The notes below the pieces were generated by a model. It made no database searches. It had not been told where the DNA came from and was given only the letters and a program-made list of their open reading frames with translations. DNA of 63,919 bases, filler included, from Aduncisulcus paluster (Eukaryota): the NCBI GenBank assembly GCA_024181965.1. It is 5 parts of 5 records of this genome, joined end to end, with 100 filler letters (N's around TTAATTAATTAA, not from the genome) between each part and the next. Parts side by side here need not be neighbours in the genome. Positions count along the whole stretch, not along the records: positions 1 to 16,706 come from BQXS01010860.1; 4 more parts are not named here. The stretch is one strand, 5' to 3'. Shown here one piece after another: positions 1-10,480 of this stretch. Positions within the stretch are counted from its first letter, which is position 1. The number at the start of each line of letters is the position of its first letter. The translations under genes were made by a program, and so were the position numbers.

Positions 1-1148
1 ATAACAACCTCAATGGGTTCTCCTTGTATCCCAATAGGAGCAATAGCTCGATGGTGTTCAAGAAGTTTGGTTGTTTTGCGGTGAGATGATGATCGGTGCT
101 CATGTCTCGTCGTAGCATGTTTTTCATGATGGTGTGATTGGTGACGATGTGAAGGATATGAATATTGTGGTTGAGAGTATGAGGGGTTCTTTTGAGCATG
201 TTGCCCACCACTACTACTACCACTTGTACCAGAACCTCTGTGACCTTCCTTCTTAGACTTCTTGTCTCGCTCTTGATTACCGCCTACACCATGTATTGTA
301 TGGTAATGTGATTGAGTGTTTGATGAATGTTGCTGTGAGGGTTTATGTGACAATGTCGAAGACAACATAGCTTTTCCAGCACTAATGTGTGTCTTTGGGC
401 CACTTTTACCACTTTTTGAACCACTGATATCGCTGGATGGTGGAAATATAACAGTATGAGCTCCACCGAAGTCTTTGGAGACTGATTGAAGAGATTGGAG
501 ATGTCTCCGACGCATCTCTTCGGCCTTTTGATGCTCGATTTGACGCTGTCTAGCACGATGACGCTTCAGGGCTTCCCTTTCTAACCGTTTCCTCTCTTCG
601 GCTTCACGACGTTCATTGGCAATAATTCTTTGCCTTTCTTGCTCATCCCGTTCCCTTGTTTCTTGCTCAATACGCCTTTGAAGGACAATGAGATATTCCA
701 CACTCGGTTTATGAAGGATAGCTGGTGATGAAACTGCCCGCTTACGATAAGAAGATTTCCGTTGAAGTTCTCGAGATTTATATCGCGATTCCCGAGGTTC
801 TTGGCGAGGTTCGTATGTTTTATGAGATTTTTGGACATCAGAATGATGCTCAACTCTATGCTTTTTTGTTTGGTGTGATGATTTTGTCGAGGGTAATGTA
901 TACATTGATTTGGTTGGTACAGAAGTTCCTTTAACCATTTTTACAGTCGATGAGGCCATATCAGCCGAATAAAGGGTTGGGAGGGCATCTTTTTCATTAT
1001 CATCTCCTAATGTTCGGGATTTAGAAGTTTTATCACGATGTTTCCGTTTTAATTGTGTATTAATATATAATGATGGAATATAATGACCAATTGTTTTCTT
1101 TTCTGACATATGGGCATCCCTTTTGCCTTTTCGAGGCTGCGGATGCAT
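1..1148 (-). CDS. Hypothetical low-complexity/charged coiled-coil protein, runs off the left edge
   Basis: Manual translation from ATG at 1148 (MHPQPRKGKRD...EQETRERDEQERQRIIANERREAEERKRLERE...) stayed open over the ~970 nt read, and it appears to continue to position 1. Missing from the ORF track, consistent with no stop inside the window. Confidence 0.75.
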   Translation of the reverse strand, partial: MHPQPRKGKRDAHMSEKKTIGHYIPSLYINTQLKRKHRDKTSKSRTLGDDNEKDALPTLYSADMASSTVKMVKGTSVPTKSMYTLPSTKSSHQTKKHRVEHHSDVQKSHKTYEPRQEPRESRYKSRELQRKSSYRKRAVSSPAILHKPSVEYLIVLQRRIEQETRERDEQERQRIIANERREAEERKRLEREALKRHRARQRQIEHQKAEEMRRRHLQSLQSVSKDFGGAHTVIFPPSSDISGSKSGKSGPKTHISAGKAMLSSTLSHKPSQQHSSNTQSHYHTIHGVGGNQERDKKSKKEGHRGSGTSGSSSGGQHAQKNPSYSQPQYSYPSHRHQSHHHEKHATTRHEHRSSSHRKTTKLLEHHRAIAPIGIQGEPIEVV

Positions 1149-1318
1149 TAGTAAGGAATTATTTGATATATTTGAAAATAAATTGTGAAATTAAGAATTT
1201 TTTAATTATTTGTTTCCGATAATATTCCCTATATTGAGCCAAAAATCAAATTGGTGAGTTTTTATAGAATCATTTTTTCCTGCAGTATTTAAAATTAATA
1301 TTGGATAAAAATATTGAT

Positions 1319-2789
1319 ATGGGTAAAAGAAGAACCTTGGAAGATGAAATTTGCGACGAAGATCAAATTTCAGCTGTGTTATTAAAGGATAAAGAAGAAG
1401 CTCGCTCTTGGAAAGATATCACGGCTTCTATTTCTCCAAGAAAGATAAAACCATTGAAATCGCCAAGTATCCGTCGAAATTCCTTACAATTAGATACCAC
1501 ACCTGAAGTTAAGAAATCTTCTCCATTAACGAAAGAAATATCAATAGATAATGCTGCTAAAGAACAAAATACTGAAAATCCAACCACATCGTCATCATTC
1601 CTCACCTCTTCAACCCATTATAAACCTCTAATCTCTCTGACACAACCTATTTCATGTCCCGTGAAAACCCAAAAAAGTGATTCTGAAATGCTCCATCACA
1701 TGCAAAGTTCCAAAGAAATCTCTACTAATTCTTTCGGAACGTCGTCCTCATTGTTTGGCTCTTCTTCTTTCCTCCTCCTCCTCTTCTTTGGCTTCTTCTC
1801 TCTTTTCAAAATTCACTTCTTCGTTGTCCGCTTCTTCTTCCTTCTCCTCTTCTCTCTTCTCTTCTTCTTCAGGATCATCATCATCATTGCCCTCAACTAT
1901 AGCCCAGGCTGATATGAATCAATCATCGAAAGATTCTCATCAAGATCCGAAATTAGATACTTCTTCTTCATCGTCATCTTCTTCTCAACCTCATTCTATT
2001 TTTAGCTCGAATAGTGGATTGTTCAAACGTCATTCCTCCTCTTCCTCTTCCTCTTCCTCTTCCCCTTCTTCCTCTTCCTCCTCTTCTTCCTCTTCTTCGA
2101 TATCTCTGAGACAGTCTCTTATAGATAGCCAGAAAGGAAATATTACCTCTGGCATTGTCAAAGTCTTTTCCCTCAAAAATATCTCAGATACGGACCTCAT
2201 CAAAGATGGAGATGTAAGAGTTCAAGAATGTAAACACGAATGGATTGAAAGGGGTATAACTGTGATGTCTGTTTGTGAGCTTAAAGATACCACACAAATA
2301 CACAATGGGGAAGGTAGTGGAGATCAAGAAGCCAAAGAAGAAAAGGAGAAAGAAGAGAAGAAAGAAGAGAGTGAGAAGAGAGAGAAGAGAGACTATGTTT
2401 TGAAGTGTTATAACGACAAAACTGGGAAATTGATTGTAAATTCCCGTCTCTTCCCTTCTTCTATAATAATTAAACAATCTAGAGGTAAGAATGTTATTAT
2501 TACATTGATTAATGAAGGAGACGAAGAAGAAAGGAAGAGAAAAGTTTCAAAGGCAATCCAATCCATCGACTCGATCATCAGAGGCCTTCAGCAGGAAAAA
2601 GAACAAGAAAAAGAACAAGGAAAAGAACAAGAAGTTGATTCAAGGATGATGAGGATAGAGAAATTGAAGGCTAAGAAAGAATGGTTACAAAAGGAGTTAC
2701 ACGAGCCCAAACTTAACGTATTTTCATTAATGTTCAGGAAGGAAACATTGGCAAAAGAATTTATTTCGACAATTCAGAAAATTTTATGA
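1319..2789 (+). CDS. Ran-binding-domain protein, Nup50/Nup2-like; single +1 frameshift near 1768-1770
   Basis: Basic N-terminus (MGKRR), SFG/LFG motifs and Ser-rich linker. The C-terminal RanBD/PH-like motifs are EWIERG, YNDKTGKLIVN and FRKETLAKEF. ORFs 1301-1912 and 1677-2789 join if one T is removed from the TTT at 1768-1770. Confidence 0.6.
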
Positions 2790-3086
2790 TTACTATGTAA
2801 AATATATACCTGAAGAAAATGATGAAAACGACAACAACATTTCTTGTACAAGGTTTGTACAAGGTTTTCTGAATTATTTAGAAATGTGATATATTACAAA
2901 TATTTTATATTTTTATGTGGACAATGCATCAGTTTAGCGGCTAAAACTTTCGCCGTAGTTGGAACAGCAATCAATGATTGGCAATCATCAAACTTTGATG
3001 ATGATTAAAAAAGTGTGAGGATCCGTGGTGTATGTCATAAATTAGATTTCTCTTTCACCGACTTATTTTGAAGAAATATCCTTGGT

Positions 3087-4190
3087 TTATTTCCATGGAA
3101 GAAGTGGCAATTTGTCAATTATTTCACTTTCCTTGAGCTTTGTAAAAACAAGGGAGTAGATAACGAAACATCGACTATTTTTCTGATTCCACCTTCCTTT
3201 CTGCTGGATCTCACACAAAACGACATCAAATAAATCAATAGGAAGGAAGTGCCATTCAAATTCATGTTTTGGTTCTGTGAATTCATATCTTTTGGATGTT
3301 TTCTTACCATCATAATCCGTGAAAGTGAAGAGAAGAGAAGATGAACTCCAATCTTTATGCACACAGATATAAGCACCTTTTATGGAATTAGGGAATGAAA
3401 AGGGGATAAAAAGATGTGACAAACATGCTTCACATTTCCCTTTTAACATTCTTTGTGCATCTAAAGTCTGGTCAAAATACTCAGACTCTGGATTTTTCGA
3501 AGTATCCTTTCCATTAACCATTGAAATCAAGGGATTTTTAATAAGTAGATCATCACGTGGAATAGGAATAGAATCTCTTCCTTTCGATTCTTTATCTCCT
3601 TCCTTAACAAACTCAGGATTCACAACTGGAGTTTCAGACCATAGTTTCTCTTCAGATTCTAGAGCAAAGATTTCTTCAGGTGTTTCTTTTCTACTAATGA
3701 AAACGAGGGATTTGATTGTAAAATACTCTTCCTCTCTTCCTTTCCCTGTAATCTCACACAAAACAACATCAGGAAGATTAACAGGAAGGAAATACCAGTG
3801 ACATTCTTCAAAGTCGGGAAAATCATATTTCTTGGATAGTTTCTCACCCTCTGAAGATGTGAAAGTGAAGATGAGATGAGATGGAGGTGAGTCACAAGAA
3901 TCATCACCGTCCAAACAGATATACGCACCTTCGATTCGGGAAGATGAAGCAAAAGGAATAGAAATATGGGTAAATTCTCCATAATTGCCCCCACCTTTCA
4001 TCATTTTTTGTGCTTCAAAAATTTGACTATACCCATATTCCCCTTCTTTCCTGGTTTCATTTCTTGCTTGGATAATTGGGAAGGAAGCCAACATAATACT
4101 GGGAGAATCTCCAGGAATTGGACAACAATCCTCATCTCCGTAACAAATAAACTGTGGTTTCATGATTTGAACCAATCTAAATGAACTCAT
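3087..4190 (-). CDS. Lineage-specific protein of two tandem ~150-aa beta-sandwich domains (possibly APC10/DOC/galactose-binding-like)
   Basis: 367-aa ORF with an internal duplication (HISIPF..GAYIC..FTFT..KKYDF..WYFLP..VVLCEI occurs twice). Close paralog at 28690-29863. Confidence 0.8.
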   Translation of the reverse strand: MSSFRLVQIMKPQFICYGDEDCCPIPGDSPSIMLASFPIIQARNETRKEGEYGYSQIFEAQKMMKGGGNYGEFTHISIPFASSSRIEGAYICLDGDDSCDSPPSHLIFTFTSSEGEKLSKKYDFPDFEECHWYFLPVNLPDVVLCEITGKGREEEYFTIKSLVFISRKETPEEIFALESEEKLWSETPVVNPEFVKEGDKESKGRDSIPIPRDDLLIKNPLISMVNGKDTSKNPESEYFDQTLDAQRMLKGKCEACLSHLFIPFSFPNSIKGAYICVHKDWSSSSLLFTFTDYDGKKTSKRYEFTEPKHEFEWHFLPIDLFDVVLCEIQQKGRWNQKNSRCFVIYSLVFTKLKESEIIDKLPLLPWK

Positions 4191-4740
4191 TGGCTATCTA
4201 TGAGTATAGTTAGATGTTGGATAAAAACTAAAACAATTTGTACGTAAGATACGATATAATTAATATAACAAATATAACAATTAAATAAAAATATCAGCAA
4301 ACAACACCAATCAGCTTCAAATTGGGCAAATGGAATAGAACAATTGAACATACAACAAAAAGATTATTGACACAATATCACACCTATTAATGGGAAAATA
4401 GAGAATAGAATATCAGTTTTGTTCTTAAATGTGGCAAAAAATTAGTTAATCGACCGATTAACGGCCGGAAACACCGCCGTGAAACGGCGTTTCGAGTTCT
4501 GAGAACTTCTTGTAGGAGGATCTATGTACTACTCTTGAAATATTCTAAATTTCAGTTCATATTGGTTCTATTGGGAGGCTCCTCAAAGCCTCCATTTGAC
4601 CTTGATCAATGAGCATTTATTTTTCATCACCTGAGATGGAGCCACTTGTGGTTCTTATTAAATACTGGACATTCAATCATAAATGAGAATATCGGACAAT
4701 GTTCGTTATATATGTTATAATAATAATGAATTATTTGGCC

Positions 4741-5238
4741 TTAAATGAATGAATGAAACTCCCAAGTTCCAAACATTTCCTTTGCCAATTCTCGATAATC
4801 ATGTGACTCCTTTTCCATATCTTCAGGTGATCGCCTAACACGAGGATCAGACATATCAGCATCGACGTGAACTCGTTTCTCAAGAGAATCATATATCTTG
4901 TCCTTGGGTTCAAAATCACCTGCAAAACGAGGGATGACATGAACATGGACATGATTAACTGTTTGACCTGCTAAAGGACCATCCTGAATACTGACAGTAA
5001 AATCTTTTGATTTGTAAAATTTTTTAAGTAAAATGGAAACTCGTTGAACCAATAAAAACAAATCTGATACTTCACTATTTGTGAGATCAGTAATCGATTT
5101 AACACCAAATCTACGTGGGGAAACTAATATATGTCCAGGTAATACTGGAGCTATATTCACAAAGCAAAAGGAAAGCGGTGAAGTAAGGAAAACTTGCGTT
5201 TGAGCGATAGAAATTGATCCAAATTTATATGATGACAT
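4741..5238 (-). CDS. FHIT: Bis(5'-adenosyl)-triphosphatase (FHIT, HIT family)
   Basis: VNIAPVLPGHILV, QDGPLAGQTV, histidine triad HVHVHVIPR, and C-terminal RSPEDMEKE. Confidence 0.93.
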   Translation of the reverse strand: MSSYKFGSISIAQTQVFLTSPLSFCFVNIAPVLPGHILVSPRRFGVKSITDLTNSEVSDLFLLVQRVSILLKKFYKSKDFTVSIQDGPLAGQTVNHVHVHVIPRFAGDFEPKDKIYDSLEKRVHVDADMSDPRVRRSPEDMEKESHDYRELAKEMFGTWEFHSFI

Positions 5239-5481
5239 AATTTATCTGATATCTAAGAATAAATAATATTTTTGTTATTTAAAGACTATTATTAGTTGAA
5301 GGCATTCAAAACAGATTCGAAACTTCCAATAGGCTAATCTTTATTATAAATGTTATCTTATATTATTATGTCATCTTTCTACGACCAATTTTCTGATAAT
5401 TATATATTTATTTCATTATAATATCAATATTTCAACTTGTACGAATAAGGATCTATTTGATAACACAATAGGGGTGATTTA

Positions 5482-8400
5482 TCACAAATGAAACAGCAAA
5501 AACATATTTTTATCGTTGATTTCGCCCACATCTGTGTATACTCTTGGAAGTTGGTGAACAAATCTGTCAACACACTTTGCTTCATCAAGAAGACCTTGAA
5601 GAATGAAAATAGCACCAAGATATTGCAAAGTAACCTTAATATCTTGCAAAGAAGGAATAAAAGGCTTTGTTTCAGTCACTTTAGCACCAGATAATTCTGG
5701 AGAACTCAAAGAAGAAGATGAGGAAGAAGATGTTGTTTGCACACTTTCACCCTCTAATGCTTTCACATTCTTCTTCAAGCCAGTAATACTTGGACTCAAC
5801 AATAAAGAAGATGCTGAATCAACTTGTATGATTGAGAATGATAGTTTATCAGGAGTTTGGGTGGTGAAAATCTTCTCTTCAAGATCAGGTTTTTTTTCGT
5901 CAGAGATCTTTGACTTTATCAATTGTTTTGAATTATCTTGAATAACAATTCCAAGAGAGGTACATAGTTTCTTGATTGTATTCCCTGCTTCAATGTAGTT
6001 ATTTTGAGATAAATAAGAGAGAGCGAGATGAAGACGTGATATCACAATGGGAGAGAGAGAGACAACTTCTGAAGAAATAATCGAATCAAAGGGCAATAAA
6101 TTTTTAGTTATAACCTTATTCTTATTCTTCATGATCATCATCTTCTTCTTCTCTTCTTCACTACATTCACTCTCTTGTTGAATACTGATATATGATGTCA
6201 CAGGTGTTCTAGTTTTATGATCTATCGTTGCCATGGATTTCATCGTAGTCTTGCCATCACACAAACCGATGCAAGAAGAAGAAGAAGCAGAAGAAGCAGA
6301 AGAAGAAGCAGAAGAAGAAGAAGAAGCAGAAGAGCTTAAGCTGGGAGTATAATGATAACAATAATGATAAAACTCTTTCATTTTGATATCATAGAGCGCA
6401 AAGAATTTGTGTGCTACTTTTGGTTGTCCGACTTGCAGACATGATATTCCACAAATAGATAAAACCCTTAACATATATTGAATAGTAACTAACATTCTTC
6501 TGGATATATTTGATTCATTCATTTTGATGGTATCTTTTCCAGAATACAGCAAAGGATAAGGCATTCGAAGTGTATTAAGTTTTAAAAAGCCATTAATCTC
6601 ATCTTCACTGAAAACTCTTTCATTTTGATATCATAGAGCGCAAAGAATTTGTGTGCTACTTTTGGTTGTCCGACTTGCAGACATGATATTCCACAAATAG
6701 ATAAAACCCTTAACATATATTGAATAGTAACTAACATTCTTCTGGATATATTTGATTCATTCATTTTGATGGTATCTTTTCCAGAATACAGCAAAGGATA
6801 AGGCATTCGAAGTGTATTAAGTTTTAAAAAGCCATTAATCTCATCTTCACTGAAAACTTTTTCATATTTGGGTTGTGTTTCTTTTTGACTTTTTCTTTTC
6901 TCCGTTTTTTGTTGTTCTTGTTCATGATCTTCTGCTTTTCTTCTTCTCTCTTCTCTTTCGTTCGTTTCTTCTTCTTTTTTTAGCCATCTTTCGTAACATT
7001 CCAATTCTTTGAGAAAGTCTTTGGAATATGACAGGCAAGAAGAGAAATCACCATATTGCAAGTAACTACCACAGATATACAAGTGAACCTCATCAATCAT
7101 CGTGGATATAGCTATTTTTAGATCGGTGTGATAGTAGAATAAGATAGAATAGACCGATAATGTCTTTGCCAACCGAGATAGACGGGATATCGTGCTCGCA
7201 GTGTGGATGTGAGGAGGCGGGAAAGATGGGTCCAAAACACGACCAGGGGAAGGCATCGTTGCTTGGGAAGAACTAGCCGCTGTCATTGGAGAATTATAGC
7301 CACCAGTTTGAACCTGTCTTCCACCACTGCTTGATGCTGGAGATACCACTTGATGATGATGTCTGTGGACTCCCCTTGTTTGTGGAGAAGGTGGATTCTT
7401 TACGTGGTGTTGATGCTGGCTTTGTTTGGAACTAATGGAGGGTATTTTTGGCTCGGATAAATGGTGAATTGGCTTGAAGCTGGCATGTCTATGGGACAAC
7501 AAAGTCGCAGTTGTGGAAGAAATCAAAGGAATAAGTGAGAAGAGGAAAGGAATTCGAACTAATTGAACACTGAACAAGAGAGAATAGAGTTCACGAATAG
7601 ATTCTGTTTCTTCGATGGAAATAGACTCCTTTGTTAGATCGGTTTCAAGTAGCCAGAATATTCTAATTTTATCCTCAATCCACTTGACTTGAGAAACACA
7701 CCCACCGCACAATCTACGCTCTCCTATTCGTTTGAGGGCAGTAAGTAACAGCACAATCGATTTCTGGATCTCTTCAGAATCTGGTTGTGCAGTCCCATGA
7801 ATAATCGGGGGTAATTTGTCAGTAGATTCTTTTCCTTCTCTCGTAGATTCCATGGAATCAAGTTTTTGGGTCTCCTTATCAAGTGATCTCTGGTCTTCAG
7901 ATTCTTTCTTTCTTCGATTCCCTGGCATTTCCTTGCTTTTCTGATCGTATGCCCATTTCTTGCATATCATGATATATTCTTTCAAACACGCGTCTTCTCT
8001 CCCATCTTTCTCTTCAGTAACCAAACAAAGCTCATTCTGAAGGAAAGATGTTGCCGAGGATAAATTTCCTTCGTATACAAGAATTGTTGCATACAAAAGG
8101 TTGAGAGTGGAACGAAATAGGACTAATATGGAGTGTAAAAGGGGAGATTTGGTCTCCCTAAGCCAGAATTCAAGAGATTTTATGTCAGTTTCGATTAAGT
8201 GAAGCGCTTTGTGATGGTTACCGACAAATATATGCTGGAAAGAATCTAAAACGGTAGATATCAGAAGTAATATCCGAGAAACAAACAATTCATCCTTTGT
8301 TCTGCGGATATAAGCAACGAAATGACTAAGAATCGGAGAATGATTCTCAAGAAAGGAAATCATTTGAGTTTCATGTTTAAGACCAAATGACTCACTTTCT

Positions 8401-8718
8401 CCTCGGATAGATTCAATTTGAAGCATTTTAAACCGAGGAAACATTGTTTTTTTCACTCTATCTATCAATATTGAAGGAAGGGAATTGACTGAAGATTCAT
8501 TCGTTTCTGATATATTTTTTTCAAGAGTAACATCAGAAGCTACACATCCAGCACGATGAATTGGAGGATCTACAATAATAGGAGATAGATATGGATCAGT
8601 AGACCCCATGGCATACAAAGCTTCTCCATGAGCTAAAATAGAGGGGAGAGAAAAAAAAATTAATTAATAATAGATAAATTCAAACGTGACATAAAAATGA
8701 ATTCTTCGACATACACAT
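5482..8718 (-). CDS. Large helical hypothetical protein (~970 aa), split by a 242-bp tandem duplication; probable intron 8633-8714
   Basis: ORFs 6582-8618 and 5482-6564 share an identical segment (MPYPLLYSG...KMKEF) and fuse in frame when one 242-bp copy is removed. ATG-T|GTATGT...TTTTAG|CT gives MSHGEALYAM. Confidence 0.65.
6369..6858. repeat. Perfect 242-bp tandem duplication with AAAACT junction microhomology
   Basis: 6369-6610 is identical to 6611-6852, with no N gap between them. Confidence 0.9.
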
Positions 8719-9158
8719 TAATTCTAATTTTTGAAGGTGTACAAAAGGAATATGAGTAAGGTTTGAAATAACAACATGTCAAAAAAAATAGAGGAACATA
8801 CAAACTTATGATTAGCTTTTCTTTAACAAAATACNNNNNNNNNNNNNNNNNNNNACATCAGAAGCTACACATCCAGCACGATGAATTGGAGGATCTACAA
8901 TAATAGGAGATAGATATGGATCAGTAGACCCCATGGCATACAAAGCTTCTCCATGAGCTAAAATAGAGGGGAGAGAAAAAAAAATTAATTAATAATAGAT
9001 AAATTCAAACGTGACATAAAAATGAATTCTTCGACATACACATTAATTCTAATTTTTGAAGGTGTACAAAAGGAATATGAGTAAGGTTTGAAATAACAAC
9101 ATGTCAAAAAAATAGAGGAACATACAAACTTATGATTAGCTTTTCTTTAACAAAATAC
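8530..9158. other. 20-N gap with duplicated flanks (assembly overlap artefact)
   Basis: 8530-8834 is repeated at 8855-9158, differing only in one A-run (8 vs 7). Confidence 0.9.
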
Positions 9159-9362
9159 AGGACTTCTGATCCTAATCTTTTGTAATAGAAACAAAAATAA
9201 GAATTTTTTTCTCAAGGTTTTGATTGAGGAGATACTGGACTCATAAAATTAAGACCTGATAAAATAATGAAATTTAAAGAAGATGAATAGTTTTATTTTC
9301 ATATTCCTTGAATTTTTTGAATTTCATACAAATAAATAAATAAATCTGATTCACAACATTAT

Positions 9363-9444
9363 GGTGAGATGGCCGAGTGGTCTAAGGCGGTCGCCTAGAA
9401 AGCGATTGTGATTTCACGCGTGGGTTCGAATCCCACTCTTACCG
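9363..9444 (+). tRNA. tRNA-Ser(AGA)
   Basis: Acceptor stem GGTGAGA/TCTTACC, D-arm GCCGAGTGGTCTAAGGC, anticodon stem GTCGC/GCGAT with loop CT-AGA-AA, long variable arm, T-arm GTGGG-TTCGAAT-CCCAC, discriminator G. Confidence 0.95.
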
Positions 9445-10480
9445 TTTGTAGTCTTATGAGTGGTGCAAGGTCACCATATCTGGAATAGGCATTTTATGGT
9501 ACAGAGGTCAAAGCACAACGAGCTATGTCTAAATATGGTCCTAATTACTTGTGTAAATATAACTGAACTACCTAATGGTGAGCCAATTTATTATATCTGA
9601 TCGATATGAATATCATTCCGGCATACTGCCATATGCCACATTACTTTCGAAAAATATTGCAGTTCGCCGAACTCCGGCGGAGAAAGAGAAGGAGTCTGAC
9701 TCCGATCTAATCGGATTAGATTTTGCTATGGTTATTAGAGTTAAATTGGCTTTGATATATTATCTATCTTTTACTTAGAAATATTTATCATTTATTATAA
9801 TGGTTAAATCTTATCTTGCCCTGTGCAATTCAAGCCTTGAATTATCCTGAGGATGAATTTGAAGAATAGTTAGGAGGTATTTCTATCATCATAGCGGAGT
9901 AATGAACATATAAATCATATTTACAAGGATTACTTGTCGATAATATAATGTATGCTGCCATAAAAGGAGAATAGAAAAATGATTGACAACGAAGTCAACT
10001 TACTTTAGTTCGTCGACACAAGGATAAAATAGAACATGTAGAAGGTAATAAATATTATTTTATCCCATTATATCACCAAAGATATATCATGATGACATCC
10101 AAATGGCGATTTTTCAATCTTTTGATGTCAACAACGGACAATTGCAATATTATATCAACTTTTATGCCATACTATTTATAATATTATGTTTTTAAACGTC
10201 CAATTTAGAAAATTCGAAAGATATTTTTTACCAAATTTTAAAAATCATACTTTTCGCTACAATAGCGAGATTTTATTTTGAAATTGTCGTGTATTTCAGT
10301 ATGTTTTCTCATTCTTTGCAAATATTTATGCTATTATTTGTTCCTATTTATCTCTCTCATCGTTATTTCATTTTTACACTCTTCCAATCATCCTAGTCTG
10401 CTGGTCAATCGCATCTTCATCATTTATCATTTATAATTTGAACATTTTAACTCCATTTCAATCTTTCATTGGTTCCATAA

